From Longimicrobiales bacterium (lineage in GTDB: Bacteria; Gemmatimonadota; Gemmatimonadetes; Longimicrobiales; Gaopeijiaceae), in assembly GCA_965198065.1 (NCBI GenBank), contig CBDAON010000004.1, forward strand, positions 1,024,001 to 1,088,000: a stretch of DNA of 64,000 nt. The letters run 5' to 3'. The notes under the pieces are model-generated. The model worked only from the letters and a program-made list of their open reading frames with translations. It did no database searches and had not been told where the DNA came from. The position numbers and the translations under genes were made by a program. Shown here piece by piece: positions 56,088 through 64,000 of this stretch. Every line of letters starts with the position of its first letter. Position 1 is the first letter of the stretch.

Positions 56088-57697
56088 TCCTGGATTCCGT
56101 ATTTCTGGATCTTCCGGTAGAGCGTCCGCTCGCCAATCCCCAGGCTCTCGGCCACCTTGCGACGGTTTCCTCCCACGTCCTTCAGGACCGCCCGAATCGC
56201 CTCCTCCTCAAGTTGCTCCATCGTCATCCCGGGACGGAACACGACGCGGCGGTCCGTCGCGGCGTTGCCCTGGCCACCCGTCGCGTCGGGCCCCGGTGCG
56301 CCGGCCTCCCGCCGGGACCACGTGCCAACCTCGACTCCCTCCGGCGCGTCGGGAAGGAGGACCACCGGCACCTCAGCCTGGCTCGCCTGACTCTCCATCC
56401 GCTCCCGATACAGCTCGAACTCACGTCGAAGCTGATCGACGTCTACTTTGAGCTCCACCATCGTTCGAAACAAGAACTCGAGCTCAGGGCGGAGCCGGCC
56501 TTGCTCGTCCGCCAGATCGCCGCCCTCCCCGGCCGGCGCCAGGGAGCGCGACATCGTGGCGGGAAGGAGGTGCCCGACGTCCCCGGGGAACCGGATCTCT
56601 CTCGGCAGATCCTCGGGCCCGATCTTCTGTCCAGGTGCCAGTACGACCATGCTCTCCACCAGGTTCCTGAGCTCCCGAACGTTCCCCGGCCAGTCGTACT
56701 CGACGAGGAGCTCCATTCCCTCGTCGGAGACGCCCGGAAACGGCCGGTCCATTCGCTCCCCGAGCTGCCGCACGAAGTGATCGACGAGTCGGGGAACGTC
56801 CTCACGGCGGTGCCTCAGCGGGGGAAGCTCGATGGAGAGGATGTTCAGACGGTAGTAAAGGTCGCGCCGGAACCGTCCGATTCGGACCAGCTCCTTCAGC
56901 GCCTGGTTGGTGGCCGCGATGATGCGGACATCCACCTGAACGGGGCTCTCGCCTCCCACCCGGATGAGCTCCTGCTGCTCCAGAACCCTGAGGAGCTTCG
57001 TCTGGGTCGAGGCGGGCGTCTCCCCGACCTCATCCAGGAAGAGCGTGCCCTTGTGGGCCAGCTCGAAGAAGCCCCGGCGGGAGTCGATGGCGCCGGTGAA
57101 CGCCCCCTTCTCGTGCCCGAACAGCTCGGACTCGAGGAGCGTCTCCGACACGGCCGCGACGTTCACGGCCAGGAAGCTCCGATGGCGCCGGGACGAGAGC
57201 GCGTGAATACCTCGTGCCACGAGCTCCTTGCCCGTCCCGGACTCCCCCGTGATCAGTGCGGTCGAGTCCACGGGCGCGATCTGGACGACCCGCTCTAGGA
57301 GCTCCCGGATCGCGTCCGATTCCCCGACGATCCCCGTGATCCTCTGGAGGTTTCGCCTCTGAACCGCGCGATGCCCGAAGAGGACGACCTCCTCGGGGTC
57401 GGGATCGGCCCCGAACGCCTCTTCCACCCCCGGCTGCCCTCCCTTTTCGACGGCGTCCGCCCCTCCGAAGCACGTGAGCACGGGGATTCCCTGTTCATCC
57501 GAGGCGGCCGCCATCCACTCGGAGATCTCCCCGGCCTCCCCCTCCCCTGTGAGGACGAGCAGAACCGGCTCGGTCGTCCCCTCGATCTGGGACGGCTCGG
57601 GAAGGAGGTCCACCGTGTATCCTCGCTTCTCGAAGGCTTCGCGGAGGGCACCGGCCACCGGGAGGCGGTGGGCGCTGATGAGGACGGTACCGGTCAT
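56084..57697 (-). CDS. Sigma54-dependent enhancer-binding protein (NtrC/Fis family) with a degenerate receiver-like domain
   Basis: GESGTGKE, ESELFGHEKGAFTGA, WPGNVREL, C-terminal GNRRKVAESLGIGERTLYRK. Confidence 0.93.
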   Translation of the reverse strand: MTGTVLISAHRLPVAGALREAFEKRGYTVDLLPEPSQIEGTTEPVLLVLTGEGEAGEISEWMAAASDEQGIPVLTCFGGADAVEKGGQPGVEEAFGADPDPEEVVLFGHRAVQRRNLQRITGIVGESDAIRELLERVVQIAPVDSTALITGESGTGKELVARGIHALSSRRHRSFLAVNVAAVSETLLESELFGHEKGAFTGAIDSRRGFFELAHKGTLFLDEVGETPASTQTKLLRVLEQQELIRVGGESPVQVDVRIIAATNQALKELVRIGRFRRDLYYRLNILSIELPPLRHRREDVPRLVDHFVRQLGERMDRPFPGVSDEGMELLVEYDWPGNVRELRNLVESMVVLAPGQKIGPEDLPREIRFPGDVGHLLPATMSRSLAPAGEGGDLADEQGRLRPELEFLFRTMVELKVDVDQLRREFELYRERMESQASQAEVPVVLLPDAPEGVEVGTWSRREAGAPGPDATGGQGNAATDRRVVFRPGMTMEQLEEEAIRAVLKDVGGNRRKVAESLGIGERTLYRKIQKYGIQE

Positions 57698-58215
57698 GTC
57701 GACCTAGAGGGGGGATGCGGGGCGTCCCGTCCCGTGAGAAGGGCGGTTCCGTGCTCGAGGAGAGGCTCGAGGGCGCGGAGCCCGTCCCCGACTCCCCCGG
57801 GGCTTCCCGGCAGGTTCACAATCAGGCACATGCCCCGAAGCCCCACCTCTCCCCGGGAGAGGACCGCTGCGGGAGTGGACGGGGCGCCCGCCCGCCGGAG
57901 CGCCTCGGCAAGCCCTACGGCAGGGCGATCGAGAACCGCTCGCGTGGCCTCGGGGGTCACGTCCCGCGGAGAGAATCCCGTGCCTCCGCTCGTGAGGAGG
58001 AGGTTCACCTCTCCCGAGTCGGTCCACTCGAGGAGGACCGGAACGATCGCGGCCGTCCCGTCGGGGACCACGGCGGAGCGCGCTATCGCGTACCCTCGGC
58101 CCTCGCACCACTCCCGGATGCGGGCCCCGCTCCGGTCCTCCGCCTCCCCTCTGGAGACCCGATCGCTCACGGTCAGGATCCCGACGCGGATCCGATCCTG
58201 CGCAGCGCCGCTCAC
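57694..58215 (-). CDS. mog: Molybdopterin adenylyltransferase (MogA/MoaB)
   Basis: LTVSD, DRSG, SGGTGFSPRDVTPEA, LSRG, NLPGSP. Confidence 0.9.
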   Translation of the reverse strand: MSGAAQDRIRVGILTVSDRVSRGEAEDRSGARIREWCEGRGYAIARSAVVPDGTAAIVPVLLEWTDSGEVNLLLTSGGTGFSPRDVTPEATRAVLDRPAVGLAEALRRAGAPSTPAAVLSRGEVGLRGMCLIVNLPGSPGGVGDGLRALEPLLEHGTALLTGRDAPHPPSRST

Positions 58216-59324
58216 TTCCGCCGGGAGCCCCGCGTGTAGAACGGCCTGGGACGCACCGACCCCCGCACGTCCCGGCCACGGATCCGGACCCAGAGCGGCG
58301 TATCCGGCGCCGAGAGCTCGACGGGTACGTACGCCATGGCGATCCCGGCTTCCAGGCACGGGCTCATCGTGCCCGAGGTCACGACGCCCACCTCCTCCCC
58401 TTCGGATACGACGGGACACCCGGCGCGCGGGAAGCCCGTGTCTTCGAGGACGATGCCGGTCAGCTTCCGCGTAGTCCCCAACTCCTTCTCGCGGGCGAGG
58501 GCCTCCCGGCCCACGAACGCCCCCTTGTCGAGCTTCACGATCCATCCCAGCCCCGACTCCAGCGCCGTGTGCTCCTCGTCCAGATCGTTCCCGTAGAGCA
58601 GGTAGCCCACCTCCAGGCGGAGCGTGTCGCGGGCGCCGAGCCCCACGGGCCGGAGTCCGTCTCGCTCACCCGAAGCGAGGAGCAACCTCCACACCGTCAC
58701 CACGTCCTCTGGGCCCAGGAAGATCTCGAAGCCATCCTCTCCGGTGTACCCCGTCCGGGCCACGAGCGCCGTGACTCCGGACACCTTCGCCCGCGCCACC
58801 CGGGACGGTCCCAGGGCCCTCAGGTCGGTGTCCACAAACGGAGCGAGGATCTCCTCGGCCCGAGGGCCCTGGAGCGCCACGAGCGCCGTCTCGTCCGAGC
58901 GATCTTCTACCGTGGCGTCGAACCTCCGCTGGTGCTCTCGGATCCACTGGACGTCCCGCTTGCGGTTCACCGCGTTCTCGACCAGAAGGAAGCCTCCCTC
59001 CGGGACCCGGTAGACGATGAGGTCGTCCAGGACCCCGCCGTCCTCCCTGCACAGCGCCGAGTACTGCGCGCGGCCCGGCTCCAGAATGGACGCGTCGTTT
59101 ACCGTGACGTGCTGGACCAAGGCGAGGGCCTCGGGGCCTTCGATCCAGACTTCCCCCATGTGGGACACGTCGAAGAGCCCCGCCGACCTCCGCACGACCC
59201 GGTGCTCGGCCTGGATGCCCGACCGATACTGGACGGGCATCGTGTATCCCGCGAACGGGATCATCCTGGCCCCGAGCCGAACGTGCTCCTCGTGGAGCGG
59301 AGTCGTTCGGAGCGCCCCGCTCAT
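58212..59324 (-). CDS. gcvT: Glycine cleavage system aminomethyltransferase T
   Basis: TPLHEEH, MPVQY, FDVSHMG, RTGYTGEDGFE, GLGARDTLRLE. Confidence 0.95.
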   Translation of the reverse strand: MSGALRTTPLHEEHVRLGARMIPFAGYTMPVQYRSGIQAEHRVVRRSAGLFDVSHMGEVWIEGPEALALVQHVTVNDASILEPGRAQYSALCREDGGVLDDLIVYRVPEGGFLLVENAVNRKRDVQWIREHQRRFDATVEDRSDETALVALQGPRAEEILAPFVDTDLRALGPSRVARAKVSGVTALVARTGYTGEDGFEIFLGPEDVVTVWRLLLASGERDGLRPVGLGARDTLRLEVGYLLYGNDLDEEHTALESGLGWIVKLDKGAFVGREALAREKELGTTRKLTGIVLEDTGFPRAGCPVVSEGEEVGVVTSGTMSPCLEAGIAMAYVPVELSAPDTPLWVRIRGRDVRGSVRPRPFYTRGSRRK

Positions 59325-60289
59325 CCCCGCGCGCGACCGAGCAGGAAGAGGAGGAGCGCCTTTTGCGCGTGAAGGCGATTCTCGGCTTCTCCAAGCACAC
59401 GCGAACGGGGACCGTCCAGGACCTCGGCCGTGACCTCCTTCCCGCGGTAGGCCGGAAGGCAGTGGAGGAAAATCGTGTCGGAGCGGGCCTTCCCGAGGAG
59501 CGCCGCATCCACGCAGTAGGATCGGAACGCCGTCGCGCGAGCCTGCCGTTCGGCCTCCTGCCCCATGGACGCCCACACGTCGGTGGTGACCACGTGGGCA
59601 CCGTCCACCGCCTCGGCCGGATCCCGGACGAGCCGCACCCTACCCTCGCCCACCGCACGCTCCAAGATGCCCGGATCGGGATCGTATCCCTCCGGCACGG
59701 CGAGCCGGAAGTCGAACCCGAGGAGCGCCGCCGCGTTCAGCCACGAGCTCGCCACATTGTTCCCGTCCCCAATCCAAGCCACCACGAGCTCGTCCAGCCC
59801 CGCACCGAACTCCTCCCGCACTGTGAGCAGGTCGGCGAGTAGCTGGCAGGGGTGGACGAGGTCGGTGAGGCCGTTGATCACCGGCACGGAGGCGTGCGTC
59901 GCGAGCTCCTCGGCCTCCGCGTGAGCGAATGTTCGGATCATGATGGCGTCCACGTACCGAGAGAGCACGCGCGCCGTGTCCCCAACCGACTCCCCCCGCC
60001 CCATCTGGCTGTCCCGGTCCGAAAGAAAGACCGCGTGCCCACCCAACTGGAACATCCCGACCTCGAACGAGACGCGTGTGCGCGTCGAGTGCTTGCGGAA
60101 GATCATCCCTAGGGACTTCCCGGCCAGGGGAGCGCCGGTGCCCTCCTTGCCCGCTTTCAGCCGTGATGCCCGCTCGAGGAGCCCTGTGAGCTCTTCGGCG
60201 CTCACGTCCCGGAGGGAGAGAAAGTGCCTCGGCGGAGCGGCCGCGGGTGCGGACGGACGGGGCGAGCGCTTCTGGACCGGCAAGGGCAT
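59321..60289 (-). CDS. argF: Ornithine carbamoyltransferase
   Basis: STRTRVSF, HPCQ, GDGNN, DVWASMG, HCLP. Confidence 0.95.
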   Translation of the reverse strand: MPLPVQKRSPRPSAPAAAPPRHFLSLRDVSAEELTGLLERASRLKAGKEGTGAPLAGKSLGMIFRKHSTRTRVSFEVGMFQLGGHAVFLSDRDSQMGRGESVGDTARVLSRYVDAIMIRTFAHAEAEELATHASVPVINGLTDLVHPCQLLADLLTVREEFGAGLDELVVAWIGDGNNVASSWLNAAALLGFDFRLAVPEGYDPDPGILERAVGEGRVRLVRDPAEAVDGAHVVTTDVWASMGQEAERQARATAFRSYCVDAALLGKARSDTIFLHCLPAYRGKEVTAEVLDGPRSRVLGEAENRLHAQKALLLFLLGRARG

Positions 60290-60315
60290 CGACGACGAGC
60301 GCTTCGGCGAACCGC

Positions 60316-61833
60316 TCACAGGATGTACCTCCGGAGATCCTCGTCCTCGACGATCGAGGCCAGCTGCCCCCGGACGAAGTCACGATTCACTACCGTGTCT
60401 CCGGGATGCTGTCCATCCGGAAGGTCGAAGAGCACGTCCTCGAGTAGCGTGGTCATCACTGTCTGGAGCCTTCGCGCACCGATGTTCTCCATGCGCTGAT
60501 TCAGGAGGAACGCGATCCGCGCCAGCTCCCGCACGCCGTCTTCTTCGAAGAGGAGGCTCGCGCCCTCCGCCTCCACGAGCGCGCTGTACTGATGGATGAG
60601 GGCGTTCTTGGGCTCGGTCAGGATCCGGACGAAGTCGGCTTCCTCGAGAGACCGGAGCTCGACCCGGATGGGGAAACGCCCCTGAAGCTCCGGGATCAGA
60701 TCCGAGGGCTTGGAGACGTGGAACGCGCCAGCCGCGATGAAGAGCACGTGGTCGGTCCGCACGAGGCCGTACTTCGTCTGGACGTTTGATCCCTCCACGA
60801 TGGGAAGCAGATCCCGCTGCACGCCCTCGCGGCTCACGTCGGGCCCCACGCTCCCCCGCGTCCCGGCGATCTTGTCGATCTCGTCCAGGAAGATGATGCC
60901 GGTTTCCTCGGCCCGGTCGAGCGCCTCGTTCACGACCTCCTCCATGTCCACGAGCCGGTCCAGCTCCTCCTGGACGAGGATCCTCCGGGCCTCGGACACC
61001 CGAACGGACCGCTTCTTCGAGCGCTTCGGGAGCATGTCCTGGAGCATCTCGAAAAAGTTGTGGTCCATCCCCTCCTGACCCCCCATCGGGAGCATCATCC
61101 CCTCGAGGTTCGGCGTCTGCTGGACCTCCACGTCCACCCAGCGATCGTCGAGCTTCTCCTCGCGAAGTAGCTTTCGGAGCTTCTCGCGCGTGCGGGAGCG
61201 TCGCTCGTGGAGCGCTGAGCTCTCGCCCTTCTCCCCGTCGGCTCCTGCGACCCGCTCCGACTCGGGCGGCGGCCCCCCCCCGGCCGCGCTCACGCCCCTC
61301 GGACCCGCGACGAATCCCACCGGCACGCGCCCCTGGGGCTTCCCTCCCGCCTCCTCGGCCTGCACCGGAGGAAGGAGGAGGTCCAGGAGCCGCTCCTCGG
61401 CCGCCTGGTCGGCGGCCTCGGCCATGTCGTCCTCCCGCTCGGCCCGGACCATGTTCACGGAGATGTCCACGAGGTCCCGGATCATGGACTCGACGTCACG
61501 GCCCACGTAGCCGACCTCGGTAAACTTCGAGGCCTCCACCTTGACGAAGGGAGCTCCCGCGAGCCGAGCGAGCCTCCGGGCGATCTCCGTCTTCCCCACG
61601 CCGGTGGGTCCGATCAAGATCAGGTTGTTCGGGAGGATCTCCTCGCGGAGGTCCTCCTCGACGCGCTGCCGCCGCCACCGGTTCCTGAGCGAGATGGCCA
61701 CCGCCCTCTTCGCGGCCTTCTGCCCGATGATGTAACGGTCGAGCTCGGACACGATCTGGCGCGGGGTGAGCTCGTCCATCCAGCCCTCCTCGGCGCGCGG
61801 CTCCGAAGCGGCGAGCGCCTCCTCCACGCTCAT
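60316..61833 (-). CDS. hslU: ATP-dependent protease ATPase subunit HslU
   Basis: [33 protein letters not shown]-terminal RYIL. Confidence 0.97.
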   Translation of the reverse strand: MSVEEALAASEPRAEEGWMDELTPRQIVSELDRYIIGQKAAKRAVAISLRNRWRRQRVEEDLREEILPNNLILIGPTGVGKTEIARRLARLAGAPFVKVEASKFTEVGYVGRDVESMIRDLVDISVNMVRAEREDDMAEAADQAAEERLLDLLLPPVQAEEAGGKPQGRVPVGFVAGPRGVSAAGGGPPPESERVAGADGEKGESSALHERRSRTREKLRKLLREEKLDDRWVDVEVQQTPNLEGMMLPMGGQEGMDHNFFEMLQDMLPKRSKKRSVRVSEARRILVQEELDRLVDMEEVVNEALDRAEETGIIFLDEIDKIAGTRGSVGPDVSREGVQRDLLPIVEGSNVQTKYGLVRTDHVLFIAAGAFHVSKPSDLIPELQGRFPIRVELRSLEEADFVRILTEPKNALIHQYSALVEAEGASLLFEEDGVRELARIAFLLNQRMENIGARRLQTVMTTLLEDVLFDLPDGQHPGDTVVNRDFVRGQLASIVEDEDLRRYIL

Positions 61834-62423
61834 CCCTTCGCCTCCGTGTCCTGGGTACCGGTCACCTCGCGCGCCTCTCCGCTCACGAGTTCCAGAATCG
61901 TGATCCGGTCGTTCGAGTAGATGCAGATCTGCGCCGCGATCTCCAGCGCGTCCCGAACGATCTCGGTCGGCCCGAGCTCGGTCCGGAGGCGGAGCGCCCT
62001 GGCGGCGGCGAACGCGAACGACCCGCCCGACCCGATCGCGGCGACGTCCTCGTCCGGTTCCAGGACGTTCCCGTCCCCACTCACCACGAAGAGATGCTCC
62101 TCGTCGGCAACGAGGAGGAGCGCGTCGAGCCGGCGGAGGTACCGATCCGTACGCCAGTCCTTCGCGAGCTCGACACACGCCCGGGTGAGGTTCCCCGGAA
62201 AACGTTCGAGCTTCTCCTCCAGCTTTTCAAACAGGGTGAACGCGTCCGCGACTCCGCCTGCGAACCCGGCCAGGATCCGCCCGCCCTTCAGCGTCCGCAC
62301 TTTGGTTGCGGTCCCCTTCACGACCGTGTCCCCCATCGTGACCTGGCCGTCAGCCCCCATCGCCACCCTGCCGTTGCTCCGAACGGCGACCACGGTGGTC
62401 CCGTGGATTCTGGGACGCTTCAT
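61830..62423 (-). CDS. hslV: ATP-dependent protease peptidase subunit HslV
   Basis: HG|TTVV, DGQVT, GFAG, IGSGG, CIYSN. Confidence 0.97.
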   Translation of the reverse strand: MKRPRIHGTTVVAVRSNGRVAMGADGQVTMGDTVVKGTATKVRTLKGGRILAGFAGGVADAFTLFEKLEEKLERFPGNLTRACVELAKDWRTDRYLRRLDALLLVADEEHLFVVSGDGNVLEPDEDVAAIGSGGSFAFAAARALRLRTELGPTEIVRDALEIAAQICIYSNDRITILELVSGEAREVTGTQDTEAKG

Positions 62424-62465
62424 CTCGCCTCCCCAGGCATCGCCGGCATCGACCACCGTCCCAAG

Positions 62466-63383
62466 TCAGGCCCTCGGGTGGGCATCCTTGTACACACGCT
62501 GGAGGCGCTCCCGGGACGTGTGGGCGTAAATCCGCGTCGTGGACAGGGACGCGTGTCCGAGGAGCTCCTTCACGGCCATCAGATCCGCGCCCTGGTCCAG
62601 CAGATGAGTGGCGAAAGAGTGTCGGAGCGAGTGGACGCTCACCCCGTCGGACTCTCCGGCGACCGCGAACAGGTCCGCCACGTGCCGCTGGATGGTCCTC
62701 GCGGAAAGCCGCCGGCCCCCGTCGTTCACGAAGAGAGGCCCCCGATACGGGCTCTCGGAGACGTCGGCCCGGCGAGACTCGTAACGACCCAACGCGGCCA
62801 CGGCCGAGGCGGTCAGGGGAACGATGCGCTCCTTTCGCCCCTTCCCCCTCACCTTCACCTGCCCGGTGATGTAGTCCAGCTCGTCCACGTTCATCCCCTG
62901 GAGCTCCGACAGGCGGAGGCCGCTCCCGTAGAACAGCTCGAGCATCGCGAGCAGACGTGTACCCCGGAGGGTGTTCTCTTGCGCCGCGGTCTCGGCCAGC
63001 CGGAACAGACCCTCCGTGGACCGCCGCTGCAAGTAGGCGGGGAGACGCCGAGCGCCCCGCGCCTGGCGGATCCCGCGCGCGGGGTTAGTGGGGATCCGAC
63101 CCTCTCCGTGGAGGAAGTGGAAGAAGGAGCGGACGCCCGAGAGCTTCCGCGCGATAGTTCGCTTGGCGAGGCCTCGGGCCGAGCACCATCCGAGGAAGCT
63201 CCGGAGCGAGAGCCGGTCCACGCGGGACCACGCCCAATCCGGTGTCCCGTAGTACTCGACGAGGAACCGCTCCAGGTCGTTCAGGTCCTGCCGATAGGCT
63301 CCCACGGTTCGAGGGGAAAGCTGGCGCTCGTCGGCGAGGTGGCGGAGGAAGAGCGCGGCCTCGCTTCGGGGCGAGGCGGTCAC
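62466..63383 (-). CDS. xerC: Tyrosine recombinase XerC
   Basis: GLRLSE, GKG, HSLRHSFATH, LGH, IY; conserved trmFO-xerC-hslVU context. Confidence 0.9.
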   Translation of the reverse strand: MTASPRSEAALFLRHLADERQLSPRTVGAYRQDLNDLERFLVEYYGTPDWAWSRVDRLSLRSFLGWCSARGLAKRTIARKLSGVRSFFHFLHGEGRIPTNPARGIRQARGARRLPAYLQRRSTEGLFRLAETAAQENTLRGTRLLAMLELFYGSGLRLSELQGMNVDELDYITGQVKVRGKGRKERIVPLTASAVAALGRYESRRADVSESPYRGPLFVNDGGRRLSARTIQRHVADLFAVAGESDGVSVHSLRHSFATHLLDQGADLMAVKELLGHASLSTTRIYAHTSRERLQRVYKDAHPRA

Positions 63384-64000
63384 CGGAGCGCTCCCTCGCC
63401 GCGCGCGCGCACCCTCCCGTCCCGGGTCCTCACCTGCTCGGGCTCCGTCGGCTGCTCGCCCGGGGCCACGGCGGGCCCGCCGATCCCGGCTTCATGCATC
63501 CAGGCCCGGAAGTCGCGGCACGCCCGCTCCGCCAGCCGTTCCCGCTTCCGCTTCTTGTCCCGGACTTCCTTCTCGAGCGGATCGACGAGCCCCCAGTTCG
63601 AGTTCATTGGCTGGAAGTGCTTCGGGTCGCTCTCGCCGAGATAACGGTAGAGGCCGCCGAGCATGGTGGTCGGCGGGGGGAGAGCGGGCGGCTGGCCGGC
63701 GAGCACGCGGTCCAGGTTGACCGCCGCGAGGATCCCCGAGGCGGCGGATTCCGTGTACCCCTCCACGCCCGTGAGCTGTCCCGCGAAAATGGCGTCCGGC
63801 CGCTCGCGGAGCGCTCCGTGGACGCTCAGGCGTCCCGGAAAGTTCAGGTACGAGTTTCGATGGATGGCCCCGAACCGGAGGAACTCGGCCTCATGGAGCC
63901 CCGGGATCGTCCGGAAGACCCGCTTCTGCTCGCCGATCCGGAGCCGGGTCTGAAAGCCCACGAGGTTCCACATCTGGCCCGCACGGTCCTCACGCCGGAG
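63380..64000 (-). CDS. trmFO: tRNA (uracil-5)-methyltransferase TrmFO/Gid (partial; 5' end outside window)
   Basis: NLVGFQT, HRNSY, AGQLTGVEGYTES, FQPMNSNWG. Confidence 0.93.
   Translation of the reverse strand, partial: LRREDRAGQMWNLVGFQTRLRIGEQKRVFRTIPGLHEAEFLRFGAIHRNSYLNFPGRLSVHGALRERPDAIFAGQLTGVEGYTESAASGILAAVNLDRVLAGQPPALPPPTTMLGGLYRYLGESDPKHFQPMNSNWGLVDPLEKEVRDKKRKRERLAERACRDFRAWMHEAGIGGPAVAPGEQPTEPEQVRTRDGRVRARGEGALR

Noticed and set aside
62466..63383. Tyrosine recombinase as a possible integrase or mobile element
   Set aside because: Housekeeping XerC in the conserved trmFO-xerC-hslVU context; no att sites or cargo

Overview
High-GC (roughly 70% by eye) bacterial chromosomal window, mostly core genes. 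Gene content and order suggest Gemmatimonadota, but this is inference and should be tested by 23S/AtpD/DnaK phylogeny. It holds cell-envelope genes (dacB, SH3-like protein, M23, PBP1A, mltG), moeA and mog, an NYN-LOTUS protein coupled to mpg, cupin-folK-aroB, a stand-alone SusC/SusD-like pair and a heme-c lipoprotein. It also holds a 23S-5S rRNA unit with NO 16S or spacer tRNA (own sigma70 promoter, boxA and processing stem), a complete F1Fo atp operon, moxR, dnaK (sigma54-type promoter), degP, tRNA-Leu-tig-clpP-clpX-lon-engB and trmFO-xerC-hslVU-argF-gcvT-mog-bEBP-DUF4159. No CRISPR array, transposase or prophage was seen. Most notable: (1) the unlinked 23S-5S unit directly behind an RNase AM/YciV-like PHP gene; (2) an NYN-LOTUS-LOTUS nuclease fused to a RecD2-like HhH module and coupled to a DNA glycosylase; (3) a LITAF-like Zn/membrane/winged-helix protein with a coupled small partner; (4) an amber-interrupted prepilin peptidase plus other decaying loci. 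Many start codons were re-chosen by eye from the ORF track and are approximate.
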